Source: Deltaproteobacteria bacterium
GTDB taxonomy: Bacteria; Myxococcota_A; UBA9160; SMWR01
Assembly (NCBI GenBank): GCA_032128375.1
Contig: JAQBGU010000211.1
Coordinates: 1 to 47,565, forward strand
Direction of reading: 5' to 3'
Length of the DNA stretch: 47,565 nucleotides
This document shows positions 31,131-40,039 of this stretch, piece by piece (positions within the stretch are counted from its first letter, which is position 1; every line of letters begins with the position of its first letter). The position numbers and the translations under genes are program-made. The notes beneath the pieces are model-generated. The model saw nothing but the letters and a program-made list of their open reading frames with translations. It did not search any database and had not been told where the DNA came from.

Positions 31131-32297
31131 ATGCGGCGGTCATTGGGGTCCCAGAGTCTGAGAAGACCAGACGACGCAAAATTGGATCGATCGGGCAAGA
31201 CGGCGGCGATGTGCGGCCTCGCGCTGATTCTTGCCGTAACACTCTTCCCCTACCAGTTTTCTTTCGACGAATTCCGCAGCTTTACCAACCGGTTCGGCCT
31301 TTCGAGGACGATTGCGGCTCGCGGGAATGACTTGATTATTGGTGCCGACCCAGTGTTCGGTCAGCCTTTCAAGGGCAAGATCGACGAATTGCGAATTTAT
31401 GGCCGTGCACTGACACTACTTCAGGTTGCACAAGAGGCGAAGCCAGCTTTTGCGGTTGACCGTCACGTTCCACCCGGCTCGGCCGGCATCCGCTTCGAAG
31501 ACCGAGCACTCGATGGTCTTGCAGCATCCTATTCGTTCAACGAGACATCCGGAGCGCTTGCTCGGGATGATTCGGGCAATGGCAATGCAGGCGAAGTCGT
31601 GAACGGCCCGCAATGGATTGGGCAGGAAAACCGCGGAGCGTTGAGCTTCAACGGGTCAGACCAGCGTGTGCGGGTGCCGAATAGCCCATCCATTGATGTT
31701 GCCGGTCAGAACCTGAGCATTTCGATGTGGATTGCGCTCTTGGACAGTCCATCGGATCAAGTGATTTTTGGAAAACCCTGGCATACGGGTCTGATGGAGT
31801 ACCCCTATTATCAGTACGGCATCGAGTTTGACGGCAGCGATGCCAAGACCATTGATTTTTACTTTGGAGATACCAGTGGCAGATTGCGTGGCCCATTCAG
31901 TGTAGAGGCGCCGATTGGCGTTTGGACGCACATTGCTTTTGTGTATGACGGTGTCGTCAGAGGCTATGTGGACGGTCGCGAGCAGCTCGTGACGGGTATT
32001 GGCGAAGCATGGAAGTTCAGCGACATGGTGAACAACCTGCTCCTCTTCATCCCCTTCGGGTTCGGACTTGTCAGCCTGCTTCGAAACAGAGGATTGCCCC
32101 GTGTCAAAGCCGTTTTCTGCATCTTACTGATCGGTGCAGTGCTTTCCCTCGGCGTCGAGATTCTGCAATGCTGGTTGCCCACCAGGGATCCGTCACTGCT
32201 CGATATCGCAACGAACAGCGCAAGCTCCGTCCTCGGTGCCGCACTGTATCTGGTTGGGGGACACCTGACGCAGGGTTCCGGTTGGAGTTCGAGATAA
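31131..32297 (+). CDS. VanZ family membrane protein with an inserted LamG/ConA-like domain
   Basis: TLFPYQF first TM; DMVNNLLLFIPFG, VEILQ, RDPSLLDIATN VanZ motifs; LamG motifs between them; start uncertain. Confidence 0.8.
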   Translation: MRRSLGSQSLRRPDDAKLDRSGKTAAMCGLALILAVTLFPYQFSFDEFRSFTNRFGLSRTIAARGNDLIIGADPVFGQPFKGKIDELRIYGRALTLLQVAQEAKPAFAVDRHVPPGSAGIRFEDRALDGLAASYSFNETSGALARDDSGNGNAGEVVNGPQWIGQENRGALSFNGSDQRVRVPNSPSIDVAGQNLSISMWIALLDSPSDQVIFGKPWHTGLMEYPYYQYGIEFDGSDAKTIDFYFGDTSGRLRGPFSVEAPIGVWTHIAFVYDGVVRGYVDGREQLVTGIGEAWKFSDMVNNLLLFIPFGFGLVSLLRNRGLPRVKAVFCILLIGAVLSLGVEILQCWLPTRDPSLLDIATNSASSVLGAALYLVGGHLTQGSGWSSR

Positions 32298-32322
32298 CGG
32301 GAAGAAATCAGCGTCGGACCGC

Positions 32323-33072
32323 CTAGACGGTCCCTGTCTGTGAAGACGAGCTTTCAAAAACGTTCCTCCCGCGATCCTCCAGCATGTAGCCGACGCCCGC
32401 CACAGTATGGATCAGGTGTCGGTCGTATCCCTGGTCCAGCTTGCTCCGCAGGTGATTGATGTGCACGCTGATGACATGGGACGAAACCTCGAACGCTTGT
32501 CCCCAAACGCGTTCAGTCATCATGGATCGCGACAGTGCGCGTCCCTTGTTTCGCATCAGCAGCTCGAGCAGCGCGAACTCTTTTGGCGTGAGTACCAGGT
32601 ACTTGCCCGCTCGGATGACGCTGTGGCGTCCCGCGTCGAGCATGAGATCAGCCACCTGCAGCTCGAGGGGTTGTGCTTCGGTCTGCACGCGTCGCCGGAT
32701 GGCCCGGACCCGCGCGATCAATTCCTCGAGCGCAAAAGGCTTGGCGAGGTAGTCGTCGGCTCCGAGATTGAGTCCGGCGATGCGGTCGCTGGGTTGGGAA
32801 CGCCCCGACAGCACCAGGACCGGGGTCTCGACACCAGCCTGTCGCAGTGTGCGCAGAACTACCAGGCCGTCCATCGAGGGCAGGCCGAGATCGAGCACGA
32901 TGATCGCGTAGGGCTCGACCTTGGCGCGCTCGAGACCTTCGATTCCATCGGAGCACGACTCAACGTCGATTCCGCGCGATTCGAGGCCCCGCTTCACGAA
33001 CTCTCGGGCGGTCGGGTTGTCTTCGATGTAGAAGATGCGTAGGTCGGGTTCAGCGGTGTATGTCATCGTCAT
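32323..33072 (-). CDS. OmpR/PhoB-type response regulator (CusR/CzcR-like)
   Basis: IEDN, VLDLGLP, GADDYLAKPF, LTPKEF, HINHLRSK, TVAGVGY; GGGAG SD before ATG 33072. Confidence 0.92.
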   Translation of the reverse strand: MTMTYTAEPDLRIFYIEDNPTAREFVKRGLESRGIDVESCSDGIEGLERAKVEPYAIIVLDLGLPSMDGLVVLRTLRQAGVETPVLVLSGRSQPSDRIAGLNLGADDYLAKPFALEELIARVRAIRRRVQTEAQPLELQVADLMLDAGRHSVIRAGKYLVLTPKEFALLELLMRNKGRALSRSMMTERVWGQAFEVSSHVISVHINHLRSKLDQGYDRHLIHTVAGVGYMLEDRGRNVFESSSSQTGTV

Positions 33073-33473
33073 CTGCGAGAACTCCCTGCGGGCTAGAGCA
33101 CTTTTCATCTTGTGGGTCTACGAAATTCCGGGTACTCCTAGAGGTCGAAGCCACAACCGCACCGGGAAATGAGCCGAACGCCACCGACGACCGCGGCATT
33201 CATTGCCTGCATTGGGCCAACGAGAACCAGAACCGCCTACACTGAGAGCGTTACTTTCGCCCATAGCCCCAAGCCTAGTCACGCGCGTAGTCGAGTCAAT
33301 GGCCCCAATAGGGCCAGCCTGCTGACGCGAGCGTTCACCTTTGGTTCATCTGTTGTACAGCTCCGAAAAAAAGTTGTTCGCTACCGAGCTGGGTCATCCA
33401 ACGCACGAACGTGTTTCGCCTGCTCGGTGGCTGCCGACTCTCAGCTCTCGGTGCGCCGCTAGCCATTTTCGTC

Positions 33474-33479
33474 TAGGCT
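33474..33479 (+). promoter_or_regulatory. Putative -10 box for a leaderless transcript
   Basis: TAGGCT exactly 6 nt before ATG 33486; no SD. Confidence 0.5.
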
Positions 33480-33485
33480 CGACGT

Positions 33486-34406
33486 ATGACTGACTTGCCC
33501 GAGCGCACCCGTGTCTATCAGTGTCACCACTTCGACAGCACGCGGTGGAATTACTTCGATTCGCGACCCGACGACATCATCATCGCCACGTCATACAAGG
33601 CCGGCACGACGTGGACGCAGGCAATCATTGCGCACTTGCTGTTTCCGGACGGCGATCTGCCAGCGGGTCCGGCGGAGATGTCGCCGTGGCTGGACATGCG
33701 GACGGTACCGCTCGAGGTGGTGCTGAATCGTCTCGCGGCGCAGCGCCATCGCCGTTTCATCAAGACCCACCTGCCACTCGACGGCTTCCCATTCGACGAG
33801 CGGCTCAAGCATGTGTACGTGGCAAGAGATGCCCGTGACGTGTTCATGAGTCTGTGGAACCACTACACGAACATGACAGACGAGATCATGGCGCTGACGA
33901 ACCTGCTACCGGGCCGCGAGGGCGAAGAGTTGCCCCACGCGCCCGATGACATTCACGCGTTCTGGCGTACATGGACGAGCCGGGGGCTGTTCGAATGGGA
34001 GACTGATGGCTGGCCGTACTGGTCTCACATGTCGAATGTTCAATCCTGGTGGAACTACAAGGATCTGCCGAACATCCAGTTGTTCCACTACAGCGACATG
34101 CTCCAAGACACCGAGGGTGAGATGCGTCGCATGGCGGCGTTCCTTGAGATTGATGTACCCGAAGTGGCGTGGCCACGCATCGTGAAGGCCGTCTCGTTCG
34201 CCGAAATGAAGCGCCAGGGCGACCGTTACGCTCCGGGCGGGGGCCAGTTCTGGAAGGGCGGAGCGCAGACTTTTCTACACAAAGGGACAAACGGCCGCTG
34301 GCGCGATGTGCTCTCGGAAGACGAGCTGAAACTCTATGACGCAGCCTGCGATCGCGCGATCACTCCCGAGTGCCGCGAGTGGCTGGAGAACGGCGGCGAA
34401 GCCTAG
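33486..34406 (+). CDS. PAPS-dependent sulfotransferase (Sulfotransfer_1)
   Basis: SYKAGTTW, KTHLP, RDARDVFMSLWNH, KGTNGRWRD. Confidence 0.92.
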   Translation: MTDLPERTRVYQCHHFDSTRWNYFDSRPDDIIIATSYKAGTTWTQAIIAHLLFPDGDLPAGPAEMSPWLDMRTVPLEVVLNRLAAQRHRRFIKTHLPLDGFPFDERLKHVYVARDARDVFMSLWNHYTNMTDEIMALTNLLPGREGEELPHAPDDIHAFWRTWTSRGLFEWETDGWPYWSHMSNVQSWWNYKDLPNIQLFHYSDMLQDTEGEMRRMAAFLEIDVPEVAWPRIVKAVSFAEMKRQGDRYAPGGGQFWKGGAQTFLHKGTNGRWRDVLSEDELKLYDAACDRAITPECREWLENGGEA

Positions 34407-34540
34407 GAACGTGCGCGGTAGAGCGCCGGCTCTTGCGTGCAGGCGGCGTGCATTCATCGCTCGGGTGTAGATGAATCACAGGCCGGCGCGTCGTTTGGCG
34501 CCCAATCGCGGTAGCCCATGCGGGCAGCCTTGCGTGGACG

Positions 34541-35079
34541 GACGTCTCGCCGCTTGAGTACCTCGGCACGCTCATTGTGTTGATCGTCGGCGGCAACGAC
34601 ACGACGCGCAACTCGATCTCGGGCGGCGTGCTCGCGCTGAACGAAAACTCCGCCGAGCACGAGAAGCTGCGGAACGATCCGAGCCTGATCCCCAACATGG
34701 TGAACGAGATCATTCGATGGCAGACACCCCTCGCGCAGATGCGCCGAACGGCAACCCCGGATACCGAGCTTGGTGGAAATTCAATCAAGAAAGGGACAAG
34801 GTCGTCTTGTGGTACGTGTCGGCGAACCGGGACCAGACGGTCATACCCCGCGCGAACGAGTTCCTGATCGATCGCTCCAATTCGAAGCAGCATCTCTCGT
34901 TCGGGTGGGGCGTGCACTTCTGTATGGGCAGTCGCCTTGCCGAGATGCAGCTGCGCGTACTCTGGGAAGAGATCATGAGGCGCTTCCGTTTCATCGAGGT
35001 CGTGGGCGAACCCGTGCGCGTGAAGTCGCCCTTCGTGAAGGGCTTCGCAGAGTTGCCGGTGCGCGTGCACCCCTGGTAA
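34541..35079 (+). pseudogene. C-terminal fragment of a CYP153-like cytochrome P450 with a frameshift near 34793
   Basis: EYLGTLIVLIVGGNDTTRNS...EIIRWQTPL...IKKG in one frame, then DKVVLWYVSANRD...FGWGVHFCMG in another; N-terminal half absent. Confidence 0.88.
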
Positions 35080-35342
35080 CCGGGGAGGCGTTTTCTTCCT
35101 GCAACCCGGGTACCGATACCCCGAGTCAGCGAAACGCGGCACCAGCAGTGACCGATATCTCGTCGAGCGCGCCGGACGAATCAGGCTAGTCGACCTCGGG
35201 TTGGCTCGAATCCCGATGATGGGAGAGAGCGTTTCGAGGAAGATCGCCTACCGGGGCGGTGGGTATCGGCTGCTGACCTATTGCTTCGCCGCGTCGGACG
35301 GCGCGTTATTGGCCGTGGCTCCAACATCGAATCTGGTCTGTG

Positions 35343-35735
35343 TTAGGCAGCGTCGGTCGGAGGCAAATCAGAAGGCGAAAGTCTCACTGCGATCGAGCGC
35401 GACGTGTCGAACAGGAGGCCAATCCACTAGTCGCGGAGCCCATACTTCGACCGCAGAAGAGATCGGATTCGATCGTGCGCGTTCGGGATGTCGATTGGCT
35501 TTGCGATGAACTGCCCGGAATGCACCTCTGACGTGAACGAGACGAGTGGCTCGCGTTGCGTGTCGAGGAACCAAGGATTGGAGGGCGTACCGGCTTCCAG
35601 CCAGAGTTCGCCGTCGGGTTCTGCGAACCAGACGTGGGTGGAGCGAATCGAGCCATCGAAAGCCCGCGTCTCGATGATGGCTACGCCGCCTGATTCGAGG
35701 GTCCACCAGGTGACGAGAACCAAAAATGCCGCGAG
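35343..35735 (-). pseudogene. Split-barrel/deazaflavin-nitroreductase-like membrane-anchored protein with an internal TAG (35429-35427)
   Basis: TWWTLESGGVAIIET..DG..RSTHVW...SKYGLRD-[TAG]-WIGLLFDTSRSIAVRL continues in frame to TAA 35343; no convincing start. Confidence 0.55.
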
Positions 35736-35913
35736 GGCCGGCCAGTGTGGAAGCTGTGATCTAAAGAGGGCCGCCCAGCGGATCGGCGCACACGGGGTGA
35801 AATTGCGCCGCTGGAATCGGCCGAGAGCCTGAAACAGTTGATGCCACAACGGCACAGAGGTCAGCTAGAGCGCGCTATTCCACATCTCGAAACAGGCATA
35901 GGGATGCTCTCCT

Positions 35914-36520
35914 CTACCGAGTCGTTCGAACGGCGATGAGTTGGTCCTTGTGCATGGGTAGAATAGAGACCAGGAAACAAGGGTCGTCTTCGAGGAGGGT
36001 CCGGAAGCGTCGGCCGGCTTCCGATTCCCAATACCCATCGGGGCCACCGTCTACGAAGATGAAACAGCCGGGCGCAATGCGATCCCGCAGATTGCTGAAG
36101 GCAGGTGTGAACGAGGGGATCGCGTAGTCTACGAGAACGAACGTCAGGCAACGATCCGACGAAGTCGTTGCCCTCGGACGTGGCCAGCGTCACACGGTGC
36201 AGCAGCCCGGCGGCTCCCAGATTCTCCGCCGCGAGCGTCGTCTTTTCGGGCATCAAGTCGACTGTGTATACGTGACCGCCCGTTCGATCGGCGGCCGCTG
36301 CGAGATGGATGGTCGAGTAGCCGTGAGATGTGCCGAATTCAACGATGGTCTTCGCGTTCTTCTCGAGTATCAGAAGGAATAAGAGTTGCGCGACCGGAGT
36401 TGCCAGAGCCTTGAGGCTCAATGGCTCGCGTATTCCCTCGCGGCGCTGCTGGCTGTCTCGTTCGTGAAGGTGAGCCAAGACCTCGATCTGAGCATCCGTG
36501 AAAATCGTCGGAAATTTCAC
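35914..36520 (-). pseudogene. Class I SAM-dependent O-methyltransferase, frameshifted near 36142
   Basis: IVEFGTSHGYST motif I; after LPD another frame continues FVLVD...IAPGCFIFVD...LIAVRTTR to TAG 35914. Confidence 0.8.
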
Positions 36521-36651
36521 GAAAGGATTTGCTCCCGCTGCCGCCTTCGCGACCCCGCCAGTCTGCGTACTAGACTGAAGTTCCCCGGCCCGAGGGACAA
36601 AATCCCGCGCAGTTTCCAGTGGATAGAGAGAAACCGGATGCACGGGTCTGC

Positions 36652-38613
36652 CTACGGTTCGATGGTCTCAAGTAGCTCGTAGGCGCGTTGTTGTGTCGCG
36701 CTCCGCTGGGTGACGACGTCAAAGGTGGGGGCGTCGTCGGGTGCGCCGGGGATGCGGCAGACATTGCGCACGATACCGCCGAGGATATCGAGGAGTGTCT
36801 GGAAGCTGTGGACCTCGCTGCCGTCGTCGAGCGTCTTGGAATGCACCTTCTGGAGCGCGCGATCGGATCGTTGAGCCGGTGCTACTGGATCGCGCGTCTT
36901 CTTGGCCTGCTGGTCCTCGTCACAGAACAACAGCGGACGCCATGCCTCGCGCATATGCCACTGGACGTAGTAGGCGAGCATGCACAGGAAGATGTGTGAC
37001 CGGACTCTGCCTTCGAGACGGTGCCGGATGGGCCGTACCTTGAGGTCAAGGGTCTTGAAGGAACGAAACGCGCGCTCGACCTGGCCGAGTAGCTTGTAGC
37101 TTCGAACCGTGTCGTCGCGGCTCATTGTCTGCTCAGCGACGCTGGTGCGCACCACATAGATGCCATCGAGCGCAGCCTCGGCAGCGACCTGATCCGGGTC
37201 GATCTGGAAGTCGAATCGATCGTCCCTGATGTCGAGCTTGAAGTGCTTGGCAACCTTGTACTTGTTCACGACCTTGCCCACCCGCACACCGATCTGGTCC
37301 CGGCCGTGCAGCCGGCCCCGGCCGATCCGCTGACGGACCTTCTCGAGCTGCTCGGCGATCGCCTCGATGTGACGCTTGTACCGGGCAAGCCGTGCCTGGA
37401 CCCGCTCGGTGCCCTTGCACTCGCGAGTCACTTCGGCGTTCATCTTCTTGTGGTCTAGCTCGAAGTCGAAGCCGTTGTCGCGGATGTCGAGCTTGTAGTA
37501 CTGGCCGACCTTGTACTTCTCGAGGACCTTGCGCACGCGTGCGCCGATCTCGTCCTGGCCGCGTAGTCGGCCCCGTCCAACGATCCGGCGAACCTTCTCC
37601 AGCTCCTCGACGGTCGCATGGAGCAGACTCTGACGCTTCTGGGCCCGTCGCTTGGCGAGCTCGGGGTTGCGACAAGCCACCAATCGCTCGCCAGGGAAGT
37701 CGGGATGAAGCAGTTCGAACAGGTTCTGTTCGTCGAACAGCCCCATCTGGATCGCACCGCAGTCGACCAGCTTCTTGATCGCCTCGGGACGCAGTGCGGC
37801 AATCCAGTCGACCCCGCCGATCCCGCGTAGCGCATCAATCTGCTTCTGCGTGATCATCCCGCGATCGCCGACCAGCACGAAGCGCTCAATGCCAAAGTTT
37901 TTCTTGAGCTTGGTGACCTGCGGGAGCAGCGTCTTTGCATCCCCGGTATTGCCCTCGAACACGGATACGGAAACCGGGATGCCGCGTGGATCGGTCAACA
38001 AGCCATAGTTGACCTGCAGCTTTCCCTTCTTGCCGTCGCGGTTGTGGCCGAGCGCGGCCAGTGGGCAGCTGCTCCCCTCGAAGTAGCTGGAGCTGAGGTC
38101 GTAGAGTGCGATGCCGTCTTCGTCGAGGTGACGCGCTGCGATCTTTTTCTCGATGCGGTCCTGGCGTTCGAGCAACCAGTCCAAGGCCGCGTAGAGATCA
38201 TCTTCGTCCGCATCGTCGACGTCGAGCAACGCGGGCAGCGTCGTGAGGTGCCAAGAGCGCGTGGTGGCCAGCTTGCTGTCCGGCTCGAGGATTCGAGCGA
38301 CCACCATGGCGACAACGAGGTTTCGTTCGCGCGACGGCCGTGAGGCAATGAGCTTGGCAAACCCGAGTCTGCGCATGGCGTCGAGCACGGCTTGAACGTG
38401 TCCATGCTGAAAGGAAGCGACGGCCTCAAAGGCCTCACTGGCTTTGACGAGGCTCTCGCCCTTGAGCACAGCCGCCACTGCGGCAATCGCGTCGGGTGGG
38501 AGCTTCGAGAGGTTGGCCAAGGTGCGGGTCTTGACCCTGCCCGCTTCGCGATAGCCCTCTCGGAGCAGGAAGGCGGGTGGAGAGTTCCGGTTGGGCACCT
38601 TGGCGATGTACAT
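36652..38613 (-). CDS. IS1634-family DDE transposase
   Basis: MYIAKVPNRNSPPA.LLRE, YDLSSSYFEG, VGDRGMI, YKLL.QVERAFR.FK, RPIRH...RVRSHIFLCMLAY. Confidence 0.95.
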   Translation of the reverse strand: MYIAKVPNRNSPPAFLLREGYREAGRVKTRTLANLSKLPPDAIAAVAAVLKGESLVKASEAFEAVASFQHGHVQAVLDAMRRLGFAKLIASRPSRERNLVVAMVVARILEPDSKLATTRSWHLTTLPALLDVDDADEDDLYAALDWLLERQDRIEKKIAARHLDEDGIALYDLSSSYFEGSSCPLAALGHNRDGKKGKLQVNYGLLTDPRGIPVSVSVFEGNTGDAKTLLPQVTKLKKNFGIERFVLVGDRGMITQKQIDALRGIGGVDWIAALRPEAIKKLVDCGAIQMGLFDEQNLFELLHPDFPGERLVACRNPELAKRRAQKRQSLLHATVEELEKVRRIVGRGRLRGQDEIGARVRKVLEKYKVGQYYKLDIRDNGFDFELDHKKMNAEVTRECKGTERVQARLARYKRHIEAIAEQLEKVRQRIGRGRLHGRDQIGVRVGKVVNKYKVAKHFKLDIRDDRFDFQIDPDQVAAEAALDGIYVVRTSVAEQTMSRDDTVRSYKLLGQVERAFRSFKTLDLKVRPIRHRLEGRVRSHIFLCMLAYYVQWHMREAWRPLLFCDEDQQAKKTRDPVAPAQRSDRALQKVHSKTLDDGSEVHSFQTLLDILGGIVRNVCRIPGAPDDAPTFDVVTQRSATQQRAYELLETIEP

Positions 38614-38720
38614 GCCAACTACGATATACAATCATCGCGTAATTACAACAAGTTTATCCACGTATGTTACAATTTACATGCTAACAAATCGCAACAGATT
38701 TATCGCCCTCGCAACGAGAA

Positions 38721-38760
38721 AGGGCCCCGATATCACGCACTTGTGTGAAATCGGGGCCCT
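38721..38760. other. Long subterminal hairpin inside the IS
   Basis: AGGGCCCCGAT pairs perfectly with ATCGGGGCCCT, with an inner TCAC/GTGA stem. Confidence 0.8.
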
Positions 38761-38813
38761 AATGTCGGGAGGAACTTCAGACTAGACGCCGCTCGTCCCG
38801 AGTCCCCTCGGCG

Positions 38814-38842
38814 AATATCCGGGCTCCATGGGTCGGCGTCAA
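38814..38842 (-). promoter_or_regulatory. Putative sigma70 promoter pointing into the IS, originally toward the methyltransferase
   Basis: TTGACG-N17-GATATT on the minus strand. Confidence 0.4.
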
Positions 38843-38998
38843 TCTCCAGGATCCCGGGCAGGGTAACATCCTATCGGTTGTATCGATTTTTCCACGCCCA
38901 GCCGCGTTATCGAGCCGCCCAACCTGGCCAGCATCATCCAGCGCAATAGGAATCCCTCGGCTTGGAGCATAGGGATTATTGACCGCGCTGTTCGCGTA

Positions 38999-39028
38999 TT
39001 GACATGCACGGTGTCACAAGATCACAAT
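38999..39028 (+). promoter_or_regulatory. Putative sigma70 promoter with an overlapping inverted-repeat operator
   Basis: TTGACA-N18-CACAAT; TGACA-N7-TGTCA palindrome at 39000-39016. Confidence 0.5.
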
Positions 39029-39088
39029 GGCGAAGTCGAAAGATGTGCCAGTGAAAGCAAAGGTATCCCCGTAAAAGGAAAGGTGTGA

Positions 39089-39997
39089 ATGTCAGCTCTG
39101 TACTGGATCGTGTCGACTCTGCTGGTGGTCGGATTCCTGGCCATCGCCGCTCAGCAGTACCGCTACTTTCGCGCGCGTCGCGATATCGTCGCAGACCGAC
39201 AGCAGCTGTTCTACGCGTCTTCGGCGTTTCACGTCGCGACGGTAGTCGCGCTCTCGCCTCGCCAGGAGCTGCTCGCGGGCTTGAGGGGCCTGGTATCTGC
39301 CATCGAGAGCAACGGCGCGAAGGTGGTCTACGCGGGCAAGATCGCGGTCAATGCGATGACCTCGAACCAACTTCCCGATGCGGACTGGAACGCGTTCGTG
39401 CTCGCCCAGTACCCGTCGCGCGAAGCCTACTCTGTGAGCGCCACGAATCCGGACTACCAGAAGGCGCGTTCGAGCTTCGCAAACAGCTACTCACTCGGAA
39501 TGCAGCGCTCGGCCCAGCTGAATCTGATGCTTCCGGTCGCCCTCCTGGGCCGACGGGTCTTCGACATTCTTCAGCGTCGACCCGCTCGGTACCCGTTCAA
39601 GAAGGCAGAGAATCTCGACGAAATTCCGGCCGCGATGCAAGAGCGACGCAAGCATCTGGTGGAAGGTCTGCTGGCCAACCGCGCTTACGGGAAAGACGCC
39701 TGCGTCGTCTTGAATTTCATCAAGAGCGGTAGCGCGGAACAACGCGCCGCCAACTCGGGCTACGGGAACGAAATGATGGGATTGATGGCCGAGCTGGGGA
39801 TGGGACCGACACACATGGGCAAGGCGGTGACCTTGGAAGGAGACGCCGAGTTCGACCAGATCGCGATCGTCTACTACCCCGGTGTCGAGTTCTTCGCACA
39901 CATGGTCCAGAGCGAGTTCTTCACGGGTATCGTCGGCGGCAAGCAGCTCGGCGACACGCTGTCGTCGCCGTCGGTCCCGCTGCTGCCGCACCTCTAG
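39089..39997 (+). CDS. Membrane-anchored hypothetical protein with two DUF1330-like (dimeric alpha-beta barrel) halves
   Basis: N-terminal TM; WNAFVLAQYPSREAY and FDQIAIVYYPGVEFF repeats; purine-rich SD (AAAGGAAAGG). Confidence 0.7.
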   Translation: MSALYWIVSTLLVVGFLAIAAQQYRYFRARRDIVADRQQLFYASSAFHVATVVALSPRQELLAGLRGLVSAIESNGAKVVYAGKIAVNAMTSNQLPDADWNAFVLAQYPSREAYSVSATNPDYQKARSSFANSYSLGMQRSAQLNLMLPVALLGRRVFDILQRRPARYPFKKAENLDEIPAAMQERRKHLVEGLLANRAYGKDACVVLNFIKSGSAEQRAANSGYGNEMMGLMAELGMGPTHMGKAVTLEGDAEFDQIAIVYYPGVEFFAHMVQSEFFTGIVGGKQLGDTLSSPSVPLLPHL

Positions 39998-40039
39998 CTG
40001 CGCGACCTGCACCTCGCGGCGCTGCAGTGCTGAGGCCAC

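Larger units (their letters stand above)
36575..38780 (-). mobile_element. IS1634-family insertion sequence (2206 bp)
   Basis: Perfect terminal IR CTGAAGTTCC (36575-36584) / GGAACTTCAG (38771-38780), flanked by the direct repeat ACTAGA at 36569-36574 and 38781-38786; one transposase gene. Confidence 0.92.

Noticed and set aside
33090..33480. Five CTAG words in one intergenic region, matching the core of the IS target
   Set aside because: No IRs or duplications accompany them, and the enrichment is too small to judge without a genome background
35113..35270. CCGATACCC / GGGTATCGG inverted pair suggesting a MITE
   Set aside because: Only 9 bp, no target duplication and no second copy in the window
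26098..35429. Genome-wide TAG reassignment suggested by two in-frame TAG codons
   Set aside because: TAG ends several intact genes at expected C-termini (14203, 15998, 18788, 34406), and the two internal TAGs appear to replace different residues
36570..38785. Alternative IS boundaries with CTAG as part of the IR
   Set aside because: The ACTAGA direct repeat plus a perfect 10-bp IR explains both junctions without a mismatch
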